DNA from: Mustelus asterias
Taxonomy: Eukaryota
Reading direction: 5' to 3'
Assembly: GCF_964213995.1 (NCBI RefSeq)
Contig: NW_027590185.1
Span: 62,001 to 126,000 of the forward strand
DNA length: 64,000 bases
How positions within the stretch are numbered: position 1 is the first letter of the stretch; each line of letters starts with the position of its first letter. The notes beneath the pieces are model-generated. The model was given only the letters and a program-made list of their open reading frames with translations. It did no database searches and had not been told where the DNA came from. Position numbers and translations under genes: made by a program. Below, one piece after another: positions 49,247 through 61,321 of the stretch.

Positions 49247-50226
49247 ACACACACAATATTTCAAAACTATTTGAAAAATAAAAACATGGTCTTTATTTTG
49301 TACAAAGTATTACATTATAAGACACCCCTCATCGAGGATCTACAATAATTTCTTAGCTTGAGCACCAGTGAAACAATCAGATAAATGAATAAAAATTGTA
49401 CTCATTGTCGTCCCTTCTGAATCAGGAGGGTTATCCCCAGCACAGAGGGTCATTTGGAATTTTTCCCGCAGACCAATTAACAGGGATTATACTCTCCAAC
49501 CATCTGAAGTGAATTCTTTACATGAATTGTCCAGGCCGGTGCAGCTATCAACTTGCGGTTTGGCTGATCAGCTAAGATTTTCTGCAGCATTTCATCGATC
49601 ACCGAGTGATTCCTTTCACAGAGTCCATCACTGAAAGGACTTTCAGCTGCCGTGTTCCTGACCAGAATGTTCATGTTTTCACACACGTCTCCAAACTCAT
49701 CATTCAGAAACTGAGCTGGTGCCACAGCTCCAGCCCCAAGGGCCAAAGGAAGGTTTACTATTGGGATGTGATGGCATCCTCCAATAATTTTTATATTGTA
49801 CGCTTTGTCTCTTGTATGAGTCTCGTGTATTCTTCATCAACTGCTCCTGCATCTTGAAGCAGGATTTTTAATCTTTGGCAAGTAGTGTGAACAAATTATC
49901 TGTGTAGTTTTAATATAATTTGCATCTTTCCCTTCTGATTTTTATCAAAGATGTCATTATTCCTTCTCAAACATTCAGATTGGAAATGTCAGGTATTTTT
50001 AAACATTCTCTGTTACCACGTTATAATCCTGACCGTCTTATGGTGAAGGAGGAAACTGGTTCCAATCTTTACTTGGTATAGATTTATTCACAGAGTGAAA
50101 CATTACAGGTATATAACTCCTAATACCATTCCATGCTCTGTCAGTAAGTGTCTATATGTGCTCATGTAAACATCTAATCAATGTCCACTGCTTGTATATA
50201 TTTAACCCCAAATTATACAATTAACA
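49247..50226 (-). mobile_element. Internally deleted Copia-like element: LTR 50019-50226, PBS 50001-50018, integrase remnant
   Basis: PBS TGGTAACAGAGAATGTTT (15/18 to the tRNA-iMet complement); NDEFGDVCENMNILVRNTAAESPFSDGLCERNHSVIDEML is an rve integrase core. Confidence 0.8.
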
Positions 50227-50279
50227 CCCGCAGGCAGAGTATTTAAAAGGTCTCTAATCGGTGTGACTGCCATAATGTC

Positions 50280-51473
50280 TCAGCAGGTTGGATGACTCAG
50301 TGAATCCTTTCCTACACTCAGAGCAGGTGAACAGCCTCTCTCCTCCGTGTGAACTTGCTTGTGTTTCCGCAGGCTGGAAGGATCAGCAAATCCCTTCCCA
50401 CATTCAGAGCAGGTGAAAGGCTTCTCCCCGGTGTGAACTCGACGGTGTGTCCGCAGACTGGACGACTCAGTGAATCCTTTCCCACACACACAGCAGATGA
50501 ATGGCCTCTCCCCGGTGTGAACTCGCCGGTGTTTCCAGAGGCTGGAGGAATCAGTGAATCCCTTCCCACACTCAGTGCAACTGAACGGTCTCTCTCCAGA
50601 GTGAATTCGCTGGTGTGTCAGCAGACTAGTGGACCTAGTAAATCCCTTCCCACACACAGAGCAGGGGAATGGCCTCTCTCCAGTGTGAACTGCTTGATGT
50701 CGCAGCAAGGTTGATAACTGAGTGAATCCCTTCCCACACACGGAGCAGGTGAATGACCTCTCCCCAGTGTGAACTGCCTGGTGGTTCTGCAGGGTAGATG
50801 ATGCACTGAATCCCTTCCCACACACGGTGCAGGTGAACGGCCTCTCCCCGGTGTGGACTCGCTGATGTATCAGCAGGTGAGATGACCGAGTGAATCCCCT
50901 CCCACAGTCAGAGCAGGTGTATGGCCTCTGCCCGGTGTGAACTCTCTGGTGCTTCTGCAGAGCAGAGGAATCACTGAATCCCTTCCCACACTCTGAGCAG
51001 CTGAACAGCTTCTCCCTGGCGTGTATTCGCTGGTGTCTCCGCAGGTTGGATGAAAGAGTGAATCCCTTCCCACACACTGAGCAAGCAAATGACCTCTCCC
51101 CAGTGTGAACTCGCTTGTGTCTCCGGAGGCTGGATGAATCCCCGAACCTCTTCCCACACTCAATGCAGGTGAAAGGCCTCTCCCCCGTGTGAATGCGTCC
51201 GTGTGTCAGAAGACGGGATGAATCAGTGAAACCCTTCCCACATTCAGAGCAGGTGAATGGCCTCTCCCCAGTGTGAATTTTCTGATGTGTCAGCAGGTTG
51301 GATAACTGAGAGAATCCCTTCCCACAATCAGGGCAGGTGAATGGCTTCTCCCCAGTGTGACTGCGTCGATGAATCTCCAGCTCACACGGTGCTTTGAATC
51401 TTTTTCCACAGTCCCCACATTTCCACTGTTTCTCCCTGATGCGGGAGGCCGCCTGTCCCTCCAGGTTTGACAA
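50280..51473 (-). CDS. C2H2 zinc-finger ORF (Z9), 13 intact fingers, no in-frame ATG
   Basis: Open for 397 codons with all 13 fingers intact; no Met in the ORF; bounded by in-frame TGA at 51476-51474; 2-nt slip near 50340 cuts off a 14th finger. Confidence 0.62.
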   Translation of the reverse strand: MSNLEGQAASRIREKQWKCGDCGKRFKAPCELEIHRRSHTGEKPFTCPDCGKGFSQLSNLLTHQKIHTGERPFTCSECGKGFTDSSRLLTHGRIHTGERPFTCIECGKRFGDSSSLRRHKRVHTGERSFACSVCGKGFTLSSNLRRHQRIHAREKLFSCSECGKGFSDSSALQKHQRVHTGQRPYTCSDCGRGFTRSSHLLIHQRVHTGERPFTCTVCGKGFSASSTLQNHQAVHTGERSFTCSVCGKGFTQLSTLLRHQAVHTGERPFPCSVCGKGFTRSTSLLTHQRIHSGERPFSCTECGKGFTDSSSLWKHRRVHTGERPFICCVCGKGFTESSSLRTHRRVHTGEKPFTCSECGKGFADPSSLRKHKQVHTEERGCSPALSVGKDSLSHPTC

Positions 51474-52711
51474 TCAGATGAAGCCTCGTCCTCACTGAGA
51501 ACAGATGTACAGTCCCTCTCAATGTAAATGGGGCAATGCTTTTCAGGCTGTGTAACCTGAACACACACTCAGGTTTGTACTTCTCAGTGCTTTTCCAGTC
51601 ACACTAATGTTCAATCTTTTTCCACAGACAGAAACAAACCCAAACAATTCTCCTTCTCGAGTCAAAGGCCAATGATATTCACGTTGTGATTAATCGAGTG
51701 ACTGTCAGATCTGAACGTAATGTTTTGTTTTGATATTTCTGTTCTGTAAATCCTCCCCTTCTAATATCCTGTGAAAGAAGTTTACAAAAGTGAACACCAT
51801 GCACATAGAAAAGAAATTCAGAATGGACAATTCTCGATTCAATGAAACTATTTTCTATTCTTTTATTCCTGAAAAGTTGTAAATTTCTGTCCCACACATT
51901 CTGCACCGAATCTTCACCCTCCCGATTCTGCTGAAGCTGCTGGTTCATGCTCCAGGACACACAGACCTGAGAATCTTCAGGCAAGCTGTTCACCGATATA
52001 TCCCTTATATTCATATAGAACTGGACTATCATTTGTGTAAAAGTGCTATATTACTTTATTAGAGAGAGGTCGGGAATATGTGTAGAAGGTTATTTTGGAC
52101 TTCAAGTAGTCATAAACTGGAATTCACCCCACATGCGGATGGTGAAAGCAGAGAGAACCCATGATTTCAAATGATGTTGGTCATTCAAAAGAAATAAATG
52201 TAGGACAGTGATACAGAGGGGGAATGGGACCCACTGGATTGTTCTATGGAGAGTTGACATGGACTCGAGTTGCCAAATGGACTCTTTTTGTGCTGCAATG
52301 TCTCACTGACTGGAAATATATAACATAACTATATTACTATATTCCAAGAATAGAAATAAAAAATAAATACTTTACTGCAGCACCAAAAATAATACATCTA
52401 ACATGTACAATAACAAAACTAGAAACACCTCTGTTATGATCTCCATAGAGACTGATAATCTTCAAATAAACAATTCCCAGACAATCCCAATGGAATAAAC
52501 CAAAGAATAAGGTTTCATTAATTTCATACTTTTACTGCAATAACCAAACTAAAATCAACATAAATGAAGCATGCATTCACAGACAATGGTACTTGAACAG
52601 ACAGGATAAATTTGACTTTAAATAGTTCAGACAATAACAACAGGTTCCACAAAATCACAAAGATTTACAAATATTTACAAGCATCACAAACCAGCCTCCC
52701 ATCCATTGACT

Positions 52712-53400
52712 CACGGTAGCACAGTGGTTAGCACTGCTGCTTCACAGCTCCAGGGACCTAGGTTCGATTCCCAGCTTGGGTCACTGTCTGTGTGGAGTTT
52801 GCACATTCTCCTCGTGTCTGCGTGGGTTTCCTCCGGGTGCTCCGGTTTCCTCCCACAGTCTAAAGATGTGCGGGTTAGATTGATTGGCCATGCTAAAATT
52901 GCCCCTTAGTGTCCTGGGATGCGTAGATTAGAGGGATTAGTGGGTAAAATATGTAGGGATATGGGGGTAGGGCCTGGGTGGGATTGTGGTCGGTGCAGAC
53001 TCGATGGGCCGAATGGCCTCTTTCTGTGCTGTCGGGTTTCTATGACTCTGATTACACTTCTCGCTGCCTTGGCAAAGCAGCCAGCATAATTAAGAACCCC
53101 ACGCACCCCGGACATTCTCTCCTCCACCTTCTTCCATAGGGAAAAAGATACAAAAGTCTGAGGTCACGTACCAACCGACACAAGAACAGCTTTGTCCCTG
53201 CTGCTGTCAGACTTTTGAATGGACCTACCTTGCATGAAGTTGATCTTTCTCTACCCTAGCTATAACTGTAACACTACATTCTGCACTCTCTTGTTTCCTT
53301 CTCTATGAACGGTATGCTTTGTCTGGATAACGTGCAAAAAACAATACTTTTCACTGTATGTTAATACATGTGACAATAATAAATCAAATAAAATCAAATC
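52712..53400 (+). mobile_element. HE1 SINE (52712-53047) followed by a Rex1/Babar 3' end
   Basis: Full HE1 body; RCLGKAASIIKNPTHPGH; (aaatc)n tail; absent from copy A. Confidence 0.85.
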
Positions 53401-53799
53401 AAACATTTCCCCCCTCCACATATTTGGCTCTAATTCTAGTTACATAGTCCCACAACTCCCTAAATTTCCCAGGTATAGGTTCAGCTCCTTTCCCTTTACA
53501 GGAGGTTCGACTGGACTCTTTCCCTACAGCCCATTTCCACAGGCAGCCCCAGGAGTCACAGCCTCTGGATCTCTCACTGGTAGATTCTCCCAATCAGCCT
53601 TTTTGTTCTCCTTTTTCCAGCTGCTCAGACTCCCTCCCCATCTCCCACTCACAGCTTCACTGTTCATTGAACTCTTCCCTTCCCTCCTGAACACCTCTCA
53701 CACCCTGCCTGTTCTTTATCTGCAACACAAACAAACTGTTTTACTCACAGATGTGGGACACAGGAAGAAGGTTCAGTCTGTGTGAAGCTCAACCTCCTA

Positions 53800-54240
53800 T
53801 GTCACAAAGCCCACCCACTGATTGGCTGGAGTACAAGAGTCCTTCCGGTCTGCCAGGGCTCCCGATTGGCCAGACCTCGGAGGAGGGGCATCAATGGATC
53901 TCTAGCCGGGGGGAGGGGGTGGAGAGACGACAGCTTCCGAGCCTGCGCACAGGACGTCACCGTGGAGCAGATTGATTCCTATTGGCTGCTTCAGGCAGGG
54001 CTCCATTGTGACGTCACAACGCGGAAGTTGGCCAACAAGCTTCAGAGTGAAACTTCCTCCTCTGGGCCAACATCTGGGAGGAAATCAATGTTTCCCCCTT
54101 TCCATTTCTTTTCTCATTCTGGGGGAAATTGGGGACTTGCAGCAACTGAAGGGAAAGGAAGTGAATCCAGGGAGGCTGCAGACTCTGGAAAGGTTACAGA
54201 CGGACACCAGAATTAGGAGCAGGACTAGGCCCAGGTATCT
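53800..54240. promoter_or_regulatory. Bidirectional promoter/first exon of Z9(-)/Z10(+)
   Basis: Three ATTGG boxes, gcctgcgc, palindrome ttgtgacgtcacaa (54006-54019), gcggaagt; donor cag|gtatct at 54235; paralog of 9930-10235. Confidence 0.7.
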
Positions 54241-54539
54241 TTTTCTTTCTCTCTCAAAGACATTGACAACCTTTAACTCCCTAAGTTTGACAGATTTATT
54301 TATCTGGATAATAGGATAGCTCTTACCCAATGTTCACAATTAAAGGGGGAGTTTCCCAGGAGAGGGCTAATATTTAAATGAACAGTAAATTAGTATGGGA
54401 CAGAGATATGTTTAACGTAGTTATATGTTATATACTATGTTATTTATGATTCCCTATTTCTTGTCTTGGAATATATAGCACTTTGTCAATGTTACCTATT
54501 TGATTCAATTTATTATTGTCCCTTGTCCAAAAATGTGCG

Positions 54540-54820
54540 GATAAAAGCAAATTACTGCAGATGCTGGAATCTGAAACCAAAAGAGAAAATGCTGGAAAAT
54601 CTCAGCAGGTCTGGCAGCATCTGTAAGGAGAGAAAAGAGCTGACGGTTCGAGTCCAGATGACCCTTTGTCAAAGCTAAAAGGCATAGAAAGTGGGAGATA
54701 TTTATGCTGCAGGGTGAGGGACTGAAAGATGAGTCATAGCCACAGAAACCAGGGGAAAAGGCTGCTAATGGCAGTCCATAGAGAGAATAAAGGGTGTGAA
54801 TGGCCTAATGGCAGAGAAGC
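54540..54820 (-). mobile_element. Penelope-like element fragment
   Basis: aaatgctggaaaatctcagcaggtctggcagcatctgt...gagtccagatgaccctttgtcaaa; insertion absent from copy A. Confidence 0.6.
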
Positions 54821-55854
54821 TGAAAAGTATTGTTTTTTGCGTACTATACAGGCAAAGCATACTGTACATAGAAAAGGAAAGGAGAGGCAGAGTATGTAGT
54901 GTTACAGTCATATATATTTTCAGTGATGCAAACATTACAGCATGGAAAGAATCCATTTGGCAACTCAAATCCATGGCAACTCTCTGTAGAGCAATTCAGT
55001 CAGTTCCATTCTCCCTCTATATCCTCATTCTCCTGAGTTTCATGTCACAAATAGGCAGTCTTGATGATGATATGTGGCTGGAAGCTCATCTTGGGGTGAA
55101 ATATTTCATCCCAAGACAGTTGCTAGGAAGAGGGGTAGATTTGCTGGTGAGTGAGTGGAATTTGTAGTGGGAACTGAATTCAATGGGTTCAGTCTTCCCA
55201 GTATTTATATGGAAAAAATTTCTGTTCTTTTAGTACTGGATGTCAGACAAGCCAGAATGGTGTGTGAGTTAGAAGCGAACTTGGAGGTGATGGTGTTCAC
55301 ATCTACCTGCTACCTTGGTCCTTACAGGTGATGGAGATTGAGAGTTTGGGAGATTCTGTAAAAGTTCCCATCGAGTTGTAGATGTTTGAAATCCTTCTTC
55401 TTCACCACTGCCTCTCCTACTTCTCTCTGTCACCTCACACAGTGCCCAGATTCTTGTGTAGATCCAGACCAGGTGGCACATACCCTTTCCTGAAGGACAT
55501 TAGTGAATCAGTTGGGTTTTTATGACAATTCAGCAGCTTTCATGATTCATTCAGCTCAATTTCACAACTTGCCTTTGTGTTTTTGTGGGTTCTCTCTCAC
55601 TCCCTTTTTTCTGTTTTAAATCAGTTTGACAGGGTGTTAGAAGAGGAGGATTTGCAGTGGGGAAACAAAAACCAAACGTGATATCGGAACCTGATGGAGT
55701 CGGCCAAGTTATTGTAACCTGAATATCATTGTGTTTTGAATATAGAAGAAAACAGCACCATTCGCAGTGGAAACTGTACACGTGTTCTGTGTGTGGACAA
55801 GACTTCAACCAATCATCCAGCCTTTCGGAACATAATTGCAGTCACAACAAGGAG

Positions 55855-56439
55855 ATGGCATGGAAATGTGAGGACTGTGGGAAGGGATTCAAGTACCCAT
55901 CGCAGCTAGAAACTCATCGACGCAGTCACACTGGGGAGAGGCCATTCACCTGCTCCCGATGCGGGAGGGGATTCATTCAGTCATCCAGCTTGCGTATACA
56001 CCAAAGGATTCACACTGAGGAGAGACCATTCAGCTGCTGTGTGTGCGGGAAGGGATTCAATCAGTCATTCAACCTAGCATCACACAAGCGAGTTCACACT
56101 GGGGAGAGGCCGTTCACTTGCTCCCAGTGTGGGAAGAAATTCAGTCAGTCAGCCAACCTAGCAAAACACCGGCGAATTCACACTGAGGCCAGACCATTCA
56201 CCTGCTCTGTGTGTGGGAAGAAATTCAAGGAGTCATCCAACCTAGCAAAACACCAGCGAGTTCACACTGGGGAGAGGCCATTCGTCTGTTCCCAGTGTGG
56301 GAAGGGATTTACTCACTCAGCCAATCTGCTGAGACACCAGCGAGTTCACACTGGGGAGAAGCCATTCATCTGCTGTATGTGTGGGAAGGGATTCAGTCAG
56401 TCATCCACTCTGCTGACACATCAGCGAATTCATAAGTAA
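55855..56439 (+). CDS. C2H2 zinc-finger protein (Z10), 7 fingers from a newly gained ATG; paralog of Z2
   Basis: Z2 start is ATA here (55742) and frameshifted; first in-frame ATG is gagATGg at 55855 (MAWKCEDC); ends HK*. Confidence 0.78.
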   Translation: MAWKCEDCGKGFKYPSQLETHRRSHTGERPFTCSRCGRGFIQSSSLRIHQRIHTEERPFSCCVCGKGFNQSFNLASHKRVHTGERPFTCSQCGKKFSQSANLAKHRRIHTEARPFTCSVCGKKFKESSNLAKHQRVHTGERPFVCSQCGKGFTHSANLLRHQRVHTGEKPFICCMCGKGFSQSSTLLTHQRIHK

Positions 56440-56536
56440 TTATTGTGATTGGATTTTGCTGTTTTTCATATTCAGACTGAACCACATTCATTTGAGTCTA
56501 TTTCTGCTGAATTGAAAAATAACCCCAGCTCTGTTA

Positions 56537-58975
56537 CATAGAAACATGCATCGAAAATAGAATCAGGAACAGGCCATTCGGCCCTTCGAGCCTGCTCCAC
56601 CATTCATTGTTATCATGGCTGATCATCAAAATCAATATCCTGATCCTGCCTCTTCTCCCCCACCCCTCCTCATCCATATCCCTTGATACCTTTAGCCCCA
56701 AGAGCCAAATCTACTTCCTTCCTGAAATCCTTCGAGGAGGAGTGGTCCGAAAGCTTATGGCTTTTGCTACCAAATAAACCTGTTGGACTTTAACCTGGTG
56801 TTGTGAGACTTCTTACTAGATGGAATTTAACACAGACAAACGTGAGGTGATGTAATTTGGAAGGTCTACTGCAGAAGGAAAGTATACAGTAAATGCTAGA
56901 GTCCTTAGAAATGTTGGCGTACAGAGGGATTTAAGTGTGCAGATCCACAGTACCCTGAACGTGGCAACTCAGGTGGACAAAGTGGTCAAGAGGGCGAATC
57001 GCATGCTGGCCTTAAATCGGTCGAGACGCTGAGTATAAGAATTGGGAAAACATGTTGCAGCTGTATAAGACTTTGGTTATGCTGACCCTAGCAACTTCCC
57101 TACTACCTACATTAGGCTCAGTAATCTATCGTTCCCCATTTTCTCGCTTCCTCCCTTTTTGAATCATGGGATATTCTTTTGTGAATTCAGAAGCAAAGTA
57201 CGAATTTAGTTCCTCAGCCACTTCTTTATTCCCCATTATGAATTCTCCTGTTTCTGACTGTAAAGGGCCTACATTCGTTTTGTCAGCCTTTTTCTCTTTA
57301 CGTACCTGTAGAACCTTTTACACTCAGTTTTTATGTTCCCCACTAGCTTACTTTCATATTCTAATTTCTCCTTCTGAATCAATTCCTTGGTCCTCCTTTG
57401 CTGTATTTTAAACTGCTCCCAATCCTCAGGTCTTTTGCTTTTTCTTGCCAATTTTTATGCTTCTTCTTGGAATCTAATGCTCTCTCTAATTTCCCTTGTC
57501 AGCAATGGTTTGGCTACAGTTCCTTTTCCACTCTTGTGCCAAATAGGAGTAAACAGCTTTGAGTTCACCTACTTGTTCCTTAAATGCCTACCGTGGGTGG
57601 CACGGTGGCATAGTGGTTCGCAACGCTGCCGGGTTCGATTCCTGGCTTGGGTCACTGTCTCTGTGGAGTTTGCATGTTCTCCCTGTGGCCGCGTGGGTTT
57701 CCTCCGGGTGCTCCGGTTTCTCCCACTTTCTGAAAGACGTGTTGTTAGGTGCATTGACCCAAACAGGCGCCGGACTGTGGCGACTAGGGGAATTTCACAG
57801 TAACTTCATTGCAGTGTTAATGTAAGCCTTACTTGTGACTAATAAACTTTAACCTTGTCTGTTCACTGTCCTTCCTTTCAGTCATGTTTCCCAGTCCATC
57901 ATAGCCAATTCATGTCTCAATCCATTATAGTTCCCTTTACTGAAACTCAGGACTCTGGTGTCAGAATCAACGACATCATTATCCACCTGACAAAGAATTC
58001 TGTCATATTATGGTCACTCATCCCCAAGGGTTCTCTAACAACTAGATTGTCAATCCTTTCTCATTGCACAATACCCAGTTCAAGATGGCATGCTCCCTTA
58101 GTCCCTCAAAGTTATTGGTCCAGAAAACCACTCCAAACATTCCTCCTCTATTGTAATGTGATTAATTTGATCACCCAATCTATATGCAGATTAAAGTCAC
58201 CCTGTAATCACAGATATTCCTTTAACACATGCATCTCTGATTTCCTGTCTAATGCTTTTCCCAACATTACCATTAATTTGGTGGTCTGTATACCACACCC
58301 ACAAATGTTTTTTGCCCCTTGGTGTGGCTTAACTTGACCCATACATATTCCACATATCATCTTTAATCAACAATGCAACTCCACCACGTTTTTGTTTATG
58401 TCTGTCCTTCCTAAACACTGAATAGCCCTCAATGTTTAGTTCCCATCCTTGGTCACCTTGGAGCTATGTCTCTGTAGTCCCAACTGTATCATACCCCTTT
58501 ACATCTAACTGTGCAACAAATTCATCCATTTTATTTTGAATGCTCCAAGCGTTCATGTACAAAACCTTCAGGCTAGTCCTTTTAACATTTGTTGTCCAGT
58601 TCCTACCATTTTTTACTGTGTCCGTATCTGATTCTGGCTCTCAATTCTCTGCCTATCACTTTTCTTATTCTTCTTGCTGTCTTTTTCTCTTGTTCTTGAT
58701 ACCCTCTGCTCTGAATCCTTACATAGGTTTCCATCTCCCTGCCATTTTAGTTTAAACCTTCTCAATGACTCAACAAGTACACCCCCAACCCCCCAAGCAC
58801 ATCAGTCCTGGCCCTGTCCAGTTTGTACTGGTCCCACCTTCCCCAGAACCAGTCGCAATGTCCCAGGAATCTGAAACCCTGCCTCTCACATCATCTTTTC
58901 AGCCAGGTATTCACCCAATATATCCTGCTGTTTCGACTCTGAATAGCACATGGCATTGGTAGTAATCCTGAGATA
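56537..58975. mobile_element. Stack of CR1 fragments (both strands), Penelope arm (~56730-56817) and alternative-tail SINE (57596-57855)
   Basis: Interrupts sequence that is contiguous in copy A (12387-12420); ARKSKRPEDWEQFKIQQRRTKELI is CR1 ORF2. Confidence 0.72.
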
Positions 58976-59940
58976 ATGTTAATGTAGTCGGTCTTAGAGG
59001 ATTTGTGGCCAGGAAACTCTCACAAAACATCAGATCAGGATTGGACGGAGCCACAGAATTTATCATAACCTGAAAAGTAGAAAGTTTTGAACATGGAAGA
59101 AATCAGCATCATTGATAACCAGTCACATTTGGCAGAAACCATGGAAATGTGGAGAGTATAAAGAGATATTCAATTAACCATCAGAGCTGGAAACGCACAC
59201 TGGGGAAATGCCCTTTACCTGCTCTGAGTACGGCAAGGGATCATTCAGTCTTCTCAGCTTGTTAGACACCAGTGGGTTTAAACTGGGGAGATGCCATTTA
59301 TCTGCTTCAAGTGTGGGAAGCGTGATGATAGTATTGCAGTGGGTGTATGTTTTTCTGCTGAGGGGGAATGTTTAAAAATCCAGCTTTATTCTGCAGGTAT
59401 CTGGTGTGTCTGTGTCTCTCAAGGGTTGTGAAAGCTGGGAATCAGTTACTTTGATAGAGCAAACGGGCTTTTGTTTAAACAAGACATTCCTCTGGGATTT
59501 CTAGATTTGATTGACAGGTCATGTGATAGTGGGTCTTTGCAGGAAGAAGCTTTTGCAGTTCTAATCGTTTGAAGATAGAGGGTTTCTACAAGCTGCTCTG
59601 AGACTTGTTGTCTTTCTGAAAGCTTTAAGACTATCTACACTCAACTATATTTATGGTTACTAACTATATTTAAAGTGGCACTTACAACTATAAGAGTAAT
59701 GTAGCTTATTTGGAACTGAAATAGTGATAAGTTAGAAATTAAGATTGTTTCTTTGCATTTTTAAATGTTGTTCAACTGTTAATGATTAAGCTGATTCATT
59801 TGTTAGAATTATATTTAAACTGTGATATTAAATAAAGTTAGCTTTACTATGAAAGATCCCTAATTTGTCAGTGGAATTTCTCCTCGTCAGAAGCATCCTA
59901 TCCTCACATTTATGCCAAAATAAAAAAATTGCTGGGGTCT

Positions 59941-61150
59941 CATAAGAACATAAGAAATAGGAGCAGGAGTAGGCCATCTAGCCCCTCGAGCCTGCCCCGC
60001 CATTCAATAAGATCATGGCTGATCTGACGTGGATCAGTACCACTTACCCGCCTGATCCCCATAACCCTTAATTCCCTTACCGATCAGGAATCCATCCATC
60101 CGCGCTTTAAACATATTCAGCGAGGTAGCCTCCACCACCTCAGTGGGCAGAGAATTCCAGAGATTCACCACCCTCTGGGAGAAGAAGTTCCTCCTCAACT
60201 CTGTCTTAAACCGACCCCCCTTTATTTTGAGGCTGTGTCCTCCAGTTTTAACTTCCTTACTAAGTGGAAAGAATCTCTCCGCCTCCACCCTATCCAGCCC
60301 CCGCATTATCTTATAAGTCTCCATAAGATCCCCCCTCATCCTTCTAAACTCCAACGAGTACAAACCCAATCTCCTCAGCCTCTCCTCATAATCCAAACCC
60401 CTCATCTCCGGTATCAACCTGGTGAACCTTCTCTGCACTCCCTCCAATGCCAATATATCCTTCCTCATATAAGGGGACCAATACTGCACACAGTATTCCA
60501 GCTGCGGCCTCACCAATGCCCTGTACAGGTGCATCAAGACATCCCTGCTTTTATATTCTATCCCCCTCGCGATATAGGCCAACATCCCATTTGCCTTCTT
60601 GATCACCTGTTGTACCTGCAGACTGGGCTTTTGCGTCTCATGCACAAGGACCCCCAGGTCCCTTTGCACGGTAGCATGTTTTAATTTGTTTCCATTGAGA
60701 TAGTAATCCCATTTGTTATTATTTCCTCCAAAGTGTATAACCTCGCATTTATCAACGTTATACTCCATTTGCCATATCCTCGCCCACTCACTCAGCCTGT
60801 CCAAATCTCTCTGCAGATCTTCTCCGTCCTCCACACGATTCACTTTTCCACTTATCTTTGTGTCGTCTGCAAACTTCGTTACCCTACACTCCGTCCCCTC
60901 CTCCAGATCATCTATATAAATGGTAAATAGTTGCGGCCCGAGTACCGATCCCTGCGGCACGCCACTAGTTACCTTCCTCCAACCGGAAAAACACCCATTT
61001 ATTCCGACTCTTTGCTTCCTGTCGGATAGCCAGTCCCCAATCCACTTTAACACACTACCCCCAACTCCGTGTGCCCTAATCTTCTTCAGCAGCCTTTTAT
61101 GGGGCACCTTATCAAACGCCTTTTGGAAATTATCAAACGCCTTTTGGAAA
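59941..61150 (-). mobile_element. Young 5'-truncated CR1 LINE with uninterrupted RT/C-terminal ORF
   Basis: ORF 60034..61188: FQKAFDKVPH, GVPQGSVLGP, FADDTK, RNFFSQRVVNLWNSLP; 3' UTR with an 8-bp repeat tail (cataagaa x2 on +). Confidence 0.95.
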
Positions 61151-61321
61151 TGCTGTGTTAAGGCTTTGGCAATGAGATCTAGCTCCAAAGAATGACTCCA
61201 TGCCCATACAGTGCATACAACAAATCACTATCAGTCCCAAAAGGTTTTGTCATTTTGAATACAAGGTATGTAGATGAGGAAAGGGCCAACTGCAGATCTC
61301 AATCTCAAAATTGAGATTTCA

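Larger units (their letters stand above)
47130..59115. repeat. Segmental duplication copy B of the divergent ZNF cassette
   Basis: Colinear with 3720-12550, plus private insertions. Confidence 0.9.

Noticed and set aside
15629-51601. Selenocysteine or programmed read-through at the shared TGA codons
   Set aside because: Positions correspond to Arg/Gln rather than Cys, the leaders contain further stops and frameshifts, and I identified no SECIS; CpG decay is simpler.
9900-55730. KRAB, SCAN or BTB effector exons upstream of the ZNF exons
   Set aside because: No such motif recognised in any listed ORF. A short or divergent exon could be missed without an HMM search.
11458-56435. Many shifted-frame and antisense ORFs over ZNF exons ([19 protein letters not shown] types)
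   Set aside because: Standard shadows of C2H2 codon periodicity.
11433-56439. Assigning human ZNF gene symbols
   Set aside because: Lineage-specific tandem-finger genes; similarity to named ZNFs would reflect the generic finger consensus, not orthology.
60034-61188. 384-aa RT ORF as a host gene or autonomous element
   Set aside because: 5'-truncated CR1 lacking endonuclease and ORF1; its N-terminal residues come from flanking sequence.
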